From: Callorhinchus milii
Taxonomy: Eukaryota
Direction: 5' to 3'
Length of the DNA: 64,000 nt
NCBI RefSeq assembly: GCF_018977255.1
Contig: NW_024704743.1
Location: forward strand, 106,022,001-106,086,000
Made by a program: the position numbers and the translations under genes. Below, in pieces: positions 39,701-52,100 of the stretch (position 1 is the first letter of the stretch; every line of letters starts with the position of its first letter). Under the pieces are notes generated by a model that saw only the letters and a list, made by a program, of their open reading frames with translations, searched no databases and was not told where the DNA came from.

Positions 39701-42366
39701 TGTGCCAGAAAAGCCAGGTTAGCCTAAAATCCAAATCGATAGTTAAATTTCCCGTGGCTGGTCTTGTGAAACTGCTGAGAGTAAGTACCAAACAACAAAT
39801 ATCATTGTTAAGATTGTACCTCCAAATAATGTAACATGCAATCGTATTGTATCATCAAACTCTTAGCAGAGTTAAAAGTGTAGCGAAGTGACTATCCTTT
39901 GTGAAATTGTACAAAAAATGTTATTAATTCCCACTAGTGCAATTGGATTAATGCCTTTGACCAGTATTCACAACATGTGATTCATTACTTTAGCAAAGGC
40001 ATTGGGAAATTACAGTGCGTCTAATCGGGACATCTATTTTGGAATTTAGTAATTTGGGATATGATGGGTGAACGTTACACACATTGACAGTGACTATGCA
40101 TAACACTGAAAGGAATTTTTGCCCCCTCACACTTCAATCTCCATCTGAATACTCCTTTTAGTTATTCATGAAACAAGCTAAGTGGAGTTACTAAATATAG
40201 TATCCTAAAGGAGCAGTGACATGTAAGAAATTATGGGATGTATTAATTTTCCTTCAGGCTAACGTTTTCCGTGTTGTAAGCTACAAATGGGAATATGAAA
40301 AAGTTAAAGGATATTTATTCACAACTTGTTTGCTGTGTTATGATGTCTCTTATGTGGAACACTCCAAAGGGAAATGCTATAAAATATGAAACAAACCCGA
40401 TGTGTTTAGGCAGTAACAACTTAATTCAATCCCAAGTACTACCGTTTATTTTGTGATGCATGTAGCAATTGAAAAATGTTGCAAACACCAAAGTTATAAA
40501 AGATGAATGAGTGCTACAGGTTTCTTCTGGTGTGTTTGACAGTTAGGGTTTAGCTCACTGTCTAGGTAGCTGAATCGTGAACAGGTACTTACGTTGGTTC
40601 GTACTGATGCTCTGCATCCCTTTTATTTTCCATATTTATTTCCTATTATGAAGCCTCACTGCCCACAGATGGACCTGTACTTATTTCAGTTTGTCATGAC
40701 TTTGTGATGATAAATTATAAAATTGCTGTTACCCTGCTCAGTGGGCTCTACATGATAGATTTGTCAATACGTGTTGATTGTTAAATCTACAACATTTTGT
40801 AAATTCCTTGAGTTCTTATGAATAGTAATAAAAATAATAATAATCCTTGCATTTGACATAGCATCTTATCACGTCTTCAAGATGACTAAAGCACTTCACA
40901 GAATATATGGTAAAGTGAATTTGACTGTAAATTTTGTGGATGAAATACATTTAATGTGAATTTAAAGTCATAAAAAGCATGATATTAAAGATGAAAAATA
41001 AATTTGTATTTTTAAAATTGTATCAGAGTAATAATAATAATCCTTGCATTTGATATAGCTCCTTATCACATCATTGAGGCAACTCAAAATGCTTCAAAGG
41101 ATATATTGTAAAGTGTAGTGACTGTATATGTTGTGAGTAAAACACACAAGAACAAATTTGCAAAGCATAGGGTTCAGAGGAGAATAATGCTTAGTACACA
41201 TCAAAGAATGTGCTTCATGGAGTAATCCCAGGTGTGCATTTTCTGCATTGCTCTCTCTGCTTAACTTTTTCTATTACTACTTCTTTGAATCACCAAATAG
41301 TACCTATTATGGATGCACTTCACTGACAACGTCCAATGAGTTTTGTTTTGCTTACTAAAAACATCATATAATAATAATAAAAATAATCAATGATAATAGT
41401 CCTTGTATTTGGCAGTATCTTAAAAATGGGATGTCTCAAAGAGCTTCACAGGATTTTTGCTGCAAAGTGTAGTGACTGTGCATTCTGTAGGCAAACACGG
41501 CAGCTAATTTGCACAGAGCAGTTTCCAGAAGCATCCATGAAGTGAGTGACGAATTTTATCTGGAATACTGTTGGCCACGACACCAGGAGAAACTCCCTTC
41601 TCTTTTCGAATAGTGCCATGGAGTCTTTAATCATCCACCAGAATAACAACAATTAATATTTATATAGTGCCTTTCATGTAGGGAGTACATTTCGAAACAC
41701 TCCACACAGCTAACAGAACACATAACTCACAATTATGTGTTATCAACAGCTCTGTCTAACATTTGGGGGTACAGTAATGAATGATATTCCTATTGCTATG
41801 GTCAGTCTAATGTTTGGATGCCTTTGAATGTTTAGCTGAATTTACTCAATTGCTTGTCCTCAACAACTGCATATATTCTTTCTGGAACCTTGACAGAATC
41901 AGATCACCATAGCAATCTGGTCTCCAATGTGACATTGTCAGGGTTTATGTGATACGTATGCATTGCCTTCTGCAACTCGGAAGGAATTAGTGGTTAAAAT
42001 AGAATTTATAACAAAATGCTTATAACTTACCAGAAACCCCAAATAAAACCAAAGAGAAAATTATGTGGTGAAGCTGTGAAATGGCAAAATGTATGAAATA
42101 TCAGTCAAAATATAAATAAGTCATAGAGTATCATTTAGAGAACACACCAAGTACTTATTCAAATCCTTTAATCAAACAAAAATCCTTTAATCTTCACAGT
42201 GCAGTATCAAAATGTGTATTAGTTCAAAACCATAATGTTTGTCTTCCAATATCAGGTTTATTATTTTTAATTGCAAGCATTCTCACCATCTGCTGAGCTG
42301 AGTAATTTTTATTTAATTAAATTTATTTAATTAAATTATCTCTTTAATTATTAATACAAAATAATT

Positions 42367-42717
42367 GGAGTCTCGGAGCATAGTGGTTAGACCATTTCCT
42401 TTGCAAGCGAGAGGACCTGTTTTCAATTCCCGGCGAAACCTTAGACAAGTTACTCACATGCCTGTTTACCTAGCAATAAGTAGGAACCCAGTTGTTAGTC
42501 GATTGGACTCCCCCAAATAATCCATCCCCCCAAAAAATATTGTCATTCAATCCACAACTGTTTGTGGGACACTACTGTGTGCAATTGGCTGCCGGGTTTC
42601 GCCCACAACGTACATAGGCAATCTACTTTACAATATATTCTGTGAAGCACTTTGAGGTGTCTCAAAGACTTGATAAGGCGTTATATCAAATGCAAGGATT
42701 ATTATTATTATTATTAT
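42367..42717 (+). mobile_element. tRNA-derived SINE, same family
   Basis: Head GGAGTCTCGGAGCATAGTGGTTAG, core and (ATT)n tail. Confidence 0.85.
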
Positions 42718-43810
42718 CATCTAATCGGACATCTTAGTGAATAACTGTCTTTATTAAAAGTACGTTCAGTATTTTCTACACCATAGACAATCACACATGT
42801 TGCAATTGGACATAACTTTCTACTGTCTCGTCAATCACAAGTTAGTTCTGGTTAATACACATACATTTGACATGAGTTGAAAATCAAGAATTTCTGAAAT
42901 AGATTTTTTAATACTTTATAGTTTAGTTCAACTTTGAAAAAGCTTCTACCTTAAATCTATAAATTCCCTTTCCTGATCGTGCTTCACCTCTTTTAGATGG
43001 GATATTAAACTAAGGTCCCGTCTGCCTGTGCAGAGGGAATGTTAAAGATCCCATTCGAAAAAAGAAGGGAGTTTCTCCCAGTGTGCTAGTCAACAACCCC
43101 CCAGGTAAAATTGGTCAATCACTTGATGTTTGTCGGACATAACTCTGAGCAAATTGGCTGCCACGTTCGCCTACAAAATGAAGTCACTTCACTTTAGTGT
43201 AAATCATGTGAAGTGCTTTCAGATGTCCTCTTGATACAAATAAACATCAGTCAGTTTCATTTCCCCAGTCTGATCTGCCCTATCATAGGTGGAAGAGCTT
43301 TCAGCCATTCAGCCTCTCAGTCTGGAACTCCATCCTAGAATCCCTCTACCTTACTCCTTCCCTCCCCATTTATAAATTTTATCTTATGATCTTTCCTTTT
43401 GACCACGCTTTTGGTCACCTGTTGCCCCTCTCTATTTCAGCTCACTCCTTCTCCCCCCTCCAGCTCAGTCTCCCATTCGATTCAACTGATACAAAAGACA
43501 CACACTGCACTTTGCAGTAAGTCCTGCAAAGCTCTTTGAGACATCCACCTGACATAAAAGTTGCGACATCAAATATAGCATTGTTGGTGTAGTTGTAAGG
43601 TCTCCCTCAATCCCTCCACCTTGACCCCTTGTTCTCCATTTTTAGATCACGCCTGAAGACCTTCCTCTACAACTGTGCTTATGGTCATCTCCCCCGGCTC
43701 GGCGTCAAACTCCGCCATTGCTAAGATGCTACCCCAAGTGAAGGGCATTCTATAAATGCACGTTGTTGCTATTGTAAGCTGTATTAAGAGTTTTTCTGCT
43801 ATTTTCCTAG

Positions 43811-43994
43811 ATCGATAGTCTTTACTCCCTGAAGCAAGCCTATGGATCTGTGGTTGCTGCTGGTCGAGAGGTTTTTAAACATCGAAGATACGATTCACCA
43901 AAATACGAATATCAACAGCAATCATTAGCTGGTAAATTACCAGCCATCTCAAATCGTGTCCACCCGTTACCCATCAACAAAAAGGATATAGGCC
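43811..43994 (+). CDS. RP1: RP1 second coding exon (exon 3): end of DCX domain 2
   Basis: Acceptor ttttcctag, donor C|GTAAGT at 43995. 184 nt, phase 0 to phase 1. Translates IDSLYSLKQAYGSVVAAGREVFK...KLPAISNRVHP, matching the RP1 GAVVAAGREPFK...RLPGISQRVYP motif. Confidence 0.95.
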
Positions 43995-44149
43995 GTAAGT
44001 TTATGAAAATCTATTTTTTTTCATCAGCTGGGTGTCCTACATATGCGGAAACCCATCGCCATGCTTAAGAGGATCCAAACCAAGCTGAGAATTCTATGCA
44101 ATCCATCTAAACACAGAAATCCCGGAGACAGATTGTTGGAATGGAATGC

Positions 44150-44530
44150 ACACTCTCTCCCTGGAGGGACGCATCCTGCTTATCTAATTCCAGAAAGTAT
44201 TAGGCACAGGTTAGCAAAAGCCAAGGCTTGGGGACACCAGAGTGTATGTTGGGGTACTGCTGAAGTCTGACCAGCTAAAACTGCATAAGTTACCATTGAT
44301 ATTGCTGTCTGGCAAGCTTTCCTGCTGCTTGACCAGCTAGGACCACCCTACCTGTTAGGGCTTTGGCTTGCAGGGTTAACAGGAGCTAAGTGGGATGACT
44401 CCCTGCCCCCAGTGGCTGGTCTGCCCTTTCAGGTCCTGCTGATGAGACAGGCTGGCTGTGCTACCGAGACTGGCACAGAGGGCTGGCTCGATTCCGACAT
44501 TCCGTTGCCAGGCATGTCACAGTTCAGCCA
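44150..44530 (-). repeat. Unclassified dispersed repeat (best-preserved copy)
   Basis: Shares motifs such as CTGTTAACCCTGCAAGCCAAAG and AACCTGTGCCTAATAC with copies at about 6490-6700, 14560-14900, 23610-23860 and 36060-36180. Confidence 0.7.
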
Positions 44531-46519
44531 GTTCAGCTCCAAGGAGACCCCACTTACCTCCCCCCAAGGCGGATAATAAAAAAAACTTCGACAATCTACA
44601 TACACCTTGCATTTGCGTTACAGAAATGTCCGTGCTTTAGTTTTCTTTTTATCTCCATTACCGATGCTAATTTCTATGGTTAGGTGGGTGGGATGCTACA
44701 GCTTTATGTTCATCTCAACAGCAAGCAATTTTATCTGGTCTAAATTCCAGCAGTAACCCTGGTCCTAATGCTTGGATTTCACCAATCCATGCCTGACACT
44801 ATCTGAAATCCGATTGGCAGGTTTGTGTCACTTCAGGGAAAGAGTCTCTGCACATTCCAGTGCAGACACAGGAAAATTTCCATTTGTAGATGGCATACAA
44901 ATGTGGATACTCTCAAACACGGTGATGGATTTCTGTTTATTTTAGAATGACATGGCAGTATAATTAAAGATTATCGCACAAGTGAGGAGATTAAAATAGC
45001 AATTTGCTGAAAAGGGAGTCTTAACATTTTTTCATTGTTTTTAGTTCTTTCATGGTAGACATGTACATTGTGATGCCACTCATATTGGTAGGTCAGGATA
45101 TGGGGAGAAAGCGGGAAATTGGAATAGAAAGGATTAGTTGAGGTACAGATCAGCCATGATCTAATTAAATGGTGGAACCGGCTTGGAGGGCTGAATGGCC
45201 GGTTCCTTCCTATGTTCCTATGTATTGAAAATGTAATTTAATTAACATGGCATCAATTTTCTTATTCGGAAGGTATCACCAAATAGAGTTAGCCCATGAG
45301 TGTAATGATTCTTGTGGTGCAGCTTGCTGTTACTGTGCACAATTGCTATTGTGCTGCAGTAATGATTGTAAAAGCATGAAAAAGATTACCAGACTCCTAA
45401 AGTCTACCAATAAATGTGAAATCACCAGGCAACATCTGCTTCAATCACTTTACTAATAGGTTTCACTACAAAGGTAAGTAGTTATTCAAAGGCACAACTC
45501 AGGAAAGGACAGCAGGCCATTGGAAATAAACCACAACAACAACTTTACATTGATATAGTGCCTTTCACATTGGGAGGCTATCCTGATGTGCTTCACAGAG
45601 TCGGCTGGGAGATCGAGCTGGGAGTGGGCAGAGCTGAGGAAGGAGAGAGAGGGAAAGGTGATCAAAACCACGGTCAGAAAGAAAGATCTTATGGTGGGCT
45701 TTAAAGGTGGAGAGGGAAGATTTGGGGTTATTAATTTTCATATGCCTCTCTGTTCCTGGTCCCCAGCCTCCTCTTGCTGGGGTGTGGTTCCACAGGAATG
45801 GTTGATCTCTGATTCCCTGCCCAAATGGTCATTGCCAGTGTGTGTGTGGCCAGGCCATTCAACTGCAGAGGGCGTAAGAGGCAAGCCTGATCTCTTCCCA
45901 CTCAGCTGCCAAACATGCACATTCCACTGGAGGGTGCTGTGGAGGGGACAGGAACAGGAACGAGCAAGACTGGGATTCAACCAGGAGAACTCCCTGTCCA
46001 TCAACTGCAATTTATAGTCCATTACACCATTGAAGCTGTCCCATCAACTGCATTTTCTGGCTGGATGATATATTGTTGAATAATCAAAGGATGGTATTAA
46101 TTAAGGAACAGACTGCATTTAGAAGCCCACAAAATACACATAGTCACACCACTTTATAATATGTCCCATGAAGCGCTTTCGGACGTCTCAAAGACGCGAT
46201 AAGGCAATGCATCAAATGAAAGTATTATTATTATGTTGCTATAGAAACCATGCCATTTCCCCACCCTATATTCAAATCATTATTCTGTAACTGTTTTCTG
46301 AGCTGCACTATATATTGAGCTTCATGAATACAGTGTAAAATGGACATACATAAAAATAGAATATCAAATCCAATGAAGTAAAAAAAGGATTAACATTTAA
46401 ATGTGAAATGTATTAGTTTTGATTATGTTGCTGTATACTGAAGAGTAAAAAATATATAATTTTCTAAAGCAAAGTTAAATAGGTGACCGATAAACCATAT
46501 CTCCCTTTTCAGTTTCTAG

Positions 46520-46760
46520 TGTTATGAAATACTTTGCACTATTCTTTGATGTTCTCCTTTGATAATGCTCTATTTAAATCATTTTTTCTTATTCTACCGC
46601 ATGTTACTAATATGAATTCTATATTTCACTTTCACAATTTCTTTACTAACATTACTTATTCTTTTGTATTCTTGCTTTTTTGCTATTCTTCATCTCTGAT
46701 TGATGGATTCACCTTCAACCTTTTTATCTCATCTTCTGCCATTGGGTATGGATAAACTAG
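46520..46760 (+). promoter_or_regulatory. Extended AG-exclusion zone with distant branch-point motif before RP1 exon 4
   Basis: No AG dinucleotide from 46520 to 46758. TACTAAC at 46644-46650 is followed by a U-rich tract; a second motif TACTAAT is at 46605-46611. Confidence 0.7.
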
Positions 46761-49177
46761 TGAGCAGAAAACAGTTGATTCACCCTATATCTCCGTCTAG
46801 CTCAAAATCTCAGGTTTCTTCCATGTCCTCTGAAACATTGTCTATAAATGACAGCAGTAACTCATGCAGAACCATTTCACATTTACCTGATAATGGACCA
46901 GGCTCCTACGGGAATTACAGTTTCACAAGAGAAGATATACCCACGATGCCATCGGAAGATGATATTGAGAAGTCCGTGCGTGTGAACGAGGATGGCAGCA
47001 TGACGGTAGAAATGAGAGTGCGCTTCAGATTAAAAGAAGAAGAGACCATAAAGTGGAGTACCACAGTGAGCCGGGCTAGTGTCCTCAACAAGATAAACAG
47101 CAGCTGCAAGTCCAAGCTGGAATGCAATGCTGAATCGCTGGATGTGAATGCTGTGAAGTGTGGCAAGAGCTCTGAGGCCATGTATTTGGAGGATTTAATC
47201 CACAAACAAGAGCTTGATGATATCTCCACCAGAAAAGAAGACACAATGTGTCTCAAGCAAGAAAAGGAAATATATTATGATATTTGGCAAAACTTTACAC
47301 CAGGCGCAGGTGAAGATCTCCCTGGGTCTGGGACAGAAATCAAACCTTGTTATCCCCGCAAGGGAACACCTGGTCCTAGAAATATAAGGCAGAAACAGAT
47401 ATCAGTAGAAAGCATAACTGCAATATCAGACACGGAGACTGGTGCAAATATGCTTCAACAATTTTTGTACCAAGAGGAGACAGAAACTGGGGATAGCAGG
47501 GTTGAGTTCTGGGCAGTTAATCACTGCACGGGAAGACCTTCATCGAGATCAAATAAGAACGGGCCATGTGAAATGAGCGTTGGTGCAGTTCTGGATGAGA
47601 TGAGCATATTAGAAAAGATTAATGTAAATAGTCCTGGAGAGGAGAAAAGAATCCTAGATAAAAAATCCTCTTTTGATGTGAACAACTCCTCTTCACTATA
47701 CGCAGAACTGCACCTTGAAGATGAAGGGGAGTTACCAAAACCAATCAACTCCATTAATGAAAATAAGAATGCAATGAATATCTTCTCACAGCCCAGATCA
47801 AACCTTAAACGTTTTGATGTGGACATCAGTTTTGGAAAGATAAATTTGAGACCTGCCTCAGCGGGTCCAATGTACTCCACCTCAAAACAAGACCAAAGTG
47901 ATGTGAAGAGACCCATGAGTGCCTCATTCAGACAGTTTGGATTATCTGTATTAACTAATAATGGAGCAGGTACTTTATCATCTGATATGGTAGAACCACT
48001 CATGTCCTTAGAAAGAAAGCAAGCATCAGAAAATATAAGGAAAAACAAAGAGTCGCCAAGATGTGCCACTGAAAATGACCAGGATTATGTGACAGACGGC
48101 TTTCTCTCCCAACCCACTCAAACGCCCGAGCAGGTAGAAAAAGTAGAACATTTGAATGATGACTGTGCTATTGAAATTGATGGCCAAGCATTGATGGAAC
48201 TGATTGAAGCAGACAGCTATCTCAATCGCCGTCCTCAAAGTCCTCAATCTAACACTTCACAGTGCTCTGTTAGAAGCAAAGTAGCATTTCAGATTGGAAG
48301 TAGTGATGAAAGCCTTGCATCTTGCAGCGTAACTAACCTAAGAGCACCTAAAGCAGAAAGTGACTGTTGCCTTTCTGATTTACCAGTAATGTGTTCGTCA
48401 AAAGAAAAACCAAGAAGTGCAGGGACAGAAAATAAAACATTACCAGGAAAAAAGGAGAAAGACTCTATCAATAGCAGTCCCGACAGCTCTGCTACGACCT
48501 CCACATCAGAAAATGTCTCTGAAATAAATGATCACCAAGATCATTTATCTGAGCCTAAACAGAACACTTTACGAGAAGTCTCTGACAAAGAATTGAATGT
48601 TTATCACGACAAGGGTGTGAAATGCAATGAAGGAAACGCTGATCTATCAGAAAATTGTCTGCAAGCACTGAATGGAAACATTGCAGGTGTTGACAATAAT
48701 GAAGATGACCTTCAGAAATGTTCTCCCAGTGTCACCAGAAGGAAATGGAAAAAACGGTCAAGAAAAAGCCAGCATGTATATGATGTTGCTGGCGAAGAAA
48801 TAGCTGAAAAGAAAGAATTAACAGATGAATCTCAAAGTCCATCGATTCTCTCCGCTTCAGAGCAACGGAAGGAACAGGAATTGTCCACAGCTGATGTTTC
48901 ACAAGCTTCACTTGATGATTTTGTGAAGAACTGGCTAAGCAGTATCCCATCACCTTCAGATTGGGCACATAGTGATTTAAATCTGTCATGTTGCTCACCA
49001 GTAGATCAGCAGTTTGAAGAAGAACAGGAAGATGAGAGTATGGATAAGGGCATCACTGAAGAAGCAGATGAGATCACAGATGAGAATTCTGACTTCATTA
49101 ATCAAATCAAACAGCATATCATTGACACAAATTTCCAATTAAGAAGGAATTGGTGCAAAAATCATCACTTATTGTAA
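46761..49177 (+). CDS. RP1: RP1 giant exon 4, 5' reading-frame segment (ends at TAA 49175-49177 unless the frame break is corrected)
   Basis: First AG after a long AG-free tract is at 46759-46760 and is phase-1 compatible with exon 3 (C|TG). Contains the RP1-family motif PSEDDIEKSVRVNEDGSMTVEMRVRFRLKEEETIKWSTTVS. Confidence 0.9.
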
Positions 49178-52100
49178 CTAAACTGGAAAGGCTTGATGAA
49201 ATTTCAGAGGAAGTCTATTTCAAGAATGATTCATTGCAAACACGGGTAAATATCAATGAAGAAAGTGGTGAACCAGCAACAGATGCAACTGGAGCTCAGT
49301 GCCTCACAGGTACTCAAATGGCTGTTCAGAAAGATCTCAAGAAATCTAATAATGGTCTGAGAGATGGTTTGGGCCACCAGAAAAATGTAAATAAATTGAA
49401 AGCTGAGATGGTTGAATCAATGAAAGAAACAGCTGAAGTTGGCATTCAAGTTGACATGGAGTTAGGATCTGAAACCACTGATGGGAAAGGTTTCATTTTG
49501 GGGGGAGGTGACCTGAAACAGCTGTTGAGGAAACTGCAGTCAACCATTAACACAATGAAGTCTCAGTCTCACACCAAATATAATTCATTTGTAAGTAATT
49601 CCCAGATTCCATCAAGTCTGCCTGAACATCTAAGCAGCACCTTAAGCACTTCATCTAAGGTCCTCCTTGCCTGGCTAGCAATTATGGACTTAGATGTTGG
49701 TGTACTGACTTCACACGACAACAACACTCTGCTGCCGAGCAGCTGCAGTTCTGAGATATCAACATTTTTGCAGTCCATCAAGCACATCACAACATTTGAG
49801 GAAAGTGATAATTTAATGGAAAGCATTGTGGATTTGCAGAAGAGCACTTCTTATTTGGTAAAGGTGTGGAAAGATCAACAGGAAAAATCGATCCCCGATT
49901 CTGAAAATGATGCTGGAGCTGAAAGCTCAGCACAGGCTGAAACCTTGAGCGATGAAGCAAGTGCTCTGTTTAATGCTTCACAGCCATTCGACAGATTGAA
50001 AGATGAAATGTGTTTTCAGATTAGAACTGAACAGTTGAGCATCACTGGTGATGCAGAAGCAAAGGAAGAAATGGAACATATTGCTGTCGTTGAGGAGAAA
50101 TCAAACATTTGTAAAGGAGGAGGAGATTTCAAGATATCCTTGTCCTCAAAAGAAGTTACCAAAGATAAAGAAGATGCAGAAACTGAACCGCTGAGCTCTA
50201 AAGAAGGTTCAGAATGTCCTGGCATTTCAGAAGAACAAACACACTTCTTTTTTAGAAATGAAGACACTGCCATAGACACTACTGTTAAAGACAAGAGATG
50301 TGATACCAAGAAATCCATTGACAGAGGTAACTGTACAGATGGTTGTAATTATATGGAGGATTTTGAGGTGTTACATCAAGCAAAAGACATGGAAACAGCA
50401 GAAAGTACAGAAGACAATGAAGGCCAGTATAACAATTGTACTGATAATAGCAAGGATTGCCTCTCAGAAAAGGTGACAGAAAATGACACGGGTGTCCATT
50501 TTACATTTGCTGAAAGCATCGAAAACTGTGAATTAATGTCAGCAGCTTCTGTTCAAAGCTTCGTCCCTCTTATGTCACCTATCTCAGACATCAAATGCAG
50601 ACTACATCACACAGAAGTTGTTTGCCAAAGAGAAAGTAGGAACAGAAGTGAAAGCAGTGAAGAGCCTATTAGCAGGCCATCCACAGCTGCTTCTGTAGCA
50701 TCCAGGAGTGACACTGAGACTGAAGGAGAGAAAATGGGCAAAAAGCTGGTGCGCAAGCAAGAAATCCACAATAAACCAATTTCTGAAGAGAATGAAGTTG
50801 GTGAGATGAAATCAGTATTGCCTGTGTGCTCATCTGTAACAATAAATCAAAATGCCAAACAGTTAAAGAGTCAGCAGACATCTTATTCATCTGAAAGCCG
50901 ACAGGACAGTGTGAACAGTGACTACAACTCCCAAGCATCAAATGAGATGACGACAGAGGGCGAGGAAGAAACATTTATAAAAACAAAACATTTCTCCGTC
51001 AGCTTTGTTAAACAAGCTACTGCGAGGCTATATGGTAAGTCACGTGTCGCTGCTCAATCCCGTTCGCAAAACCGGCTTCCGCCTACCTGCACAGGAGCGA
51101 AAACAGTGCTCGGTAATGGGAGCAAGATAGACAGCACAATGTCTCTCGAAGCAGCCACATGTCCTGACAAATCAAACCTTGGTGGAAGTTGTAGCAACAA
51201 TGGTGAATCTTTAACAGCTTGTGGTTTGCTTGAGAACCTCAAACTTCTGAAGTCTGGAGACAAAAGTGCACAATCTGATGATGATGGAGTGCTTATCGAT
51301 AAAGGCAGGTGGCTTCTGAAAGAAAACCATTTGATAAGAAAATCTCCTCCATTAAACATGGGAATGTACAGTAACTTAGATACAACCTCTGCTGACACAG
51401 CACTTGACAACACAAGTGAAGATATTGCATACCCACATGCTGGTACTTTGCATTCAGTTCCTCCACTGGCTGAGCTGTCATCCTCCGAAATCGAGGAGAT
51501 GATAAAACCTAGCTGTAATTATTTCAGCATGCCTCACGGGAGTGATTCCGAACCATTCCCTGACTTGCTCAGTCTTAAAAGTAAGTCGAGCCTTGCTTGC
51601 AATAACCCACACCCTCTGATGAACAAAATTGCAAGTGAGAGACAATTGGTGAGAGCTAGCAGTGAGCCGCTACACATGTGTGAGGAGGTCAATGACAACA
51701 ATTCATCTTTTACAACAGTGAACTTTCATATGTTTGAAAATAAAGTGCGCCCCACAGCAGAACCACTACCCAGTGGGAATATAGTGGCACAACCATCTCC
51801 AGAAAGAGCCAGGAGCACCACAACTGTTCGGGAACAAGACTCCCTGGATAAGCTTCATTTTATATGTGGCCAACACTGCCCTATTCTGAGAGCTGTTGTT
51901 GAGCCAATTAATGAGAAAAGCAGAGGATTTGTATATCAGAAACGATCAGACCCAGAGAACTGTTGGCTGCTGCATCTGGATAAGGCCAATGATATTTATG
52001 GCATTAAAAAATACAATGATTCAATAGCTGCACAGGAATTCTGCATAGATTTCAGCAAGAGCGTTTGGAGTGATGTAACTAATTGGTTCAAGACTCAAAG

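Noticed and set aside
46700..46760. N-terminal extension of the 825-aa ORF (MMDSPSTFLSHLLPLGMDK)
   Set aside because: Intronic: it lies in the AG-free tract upstream of the phase-compatible acceptor.
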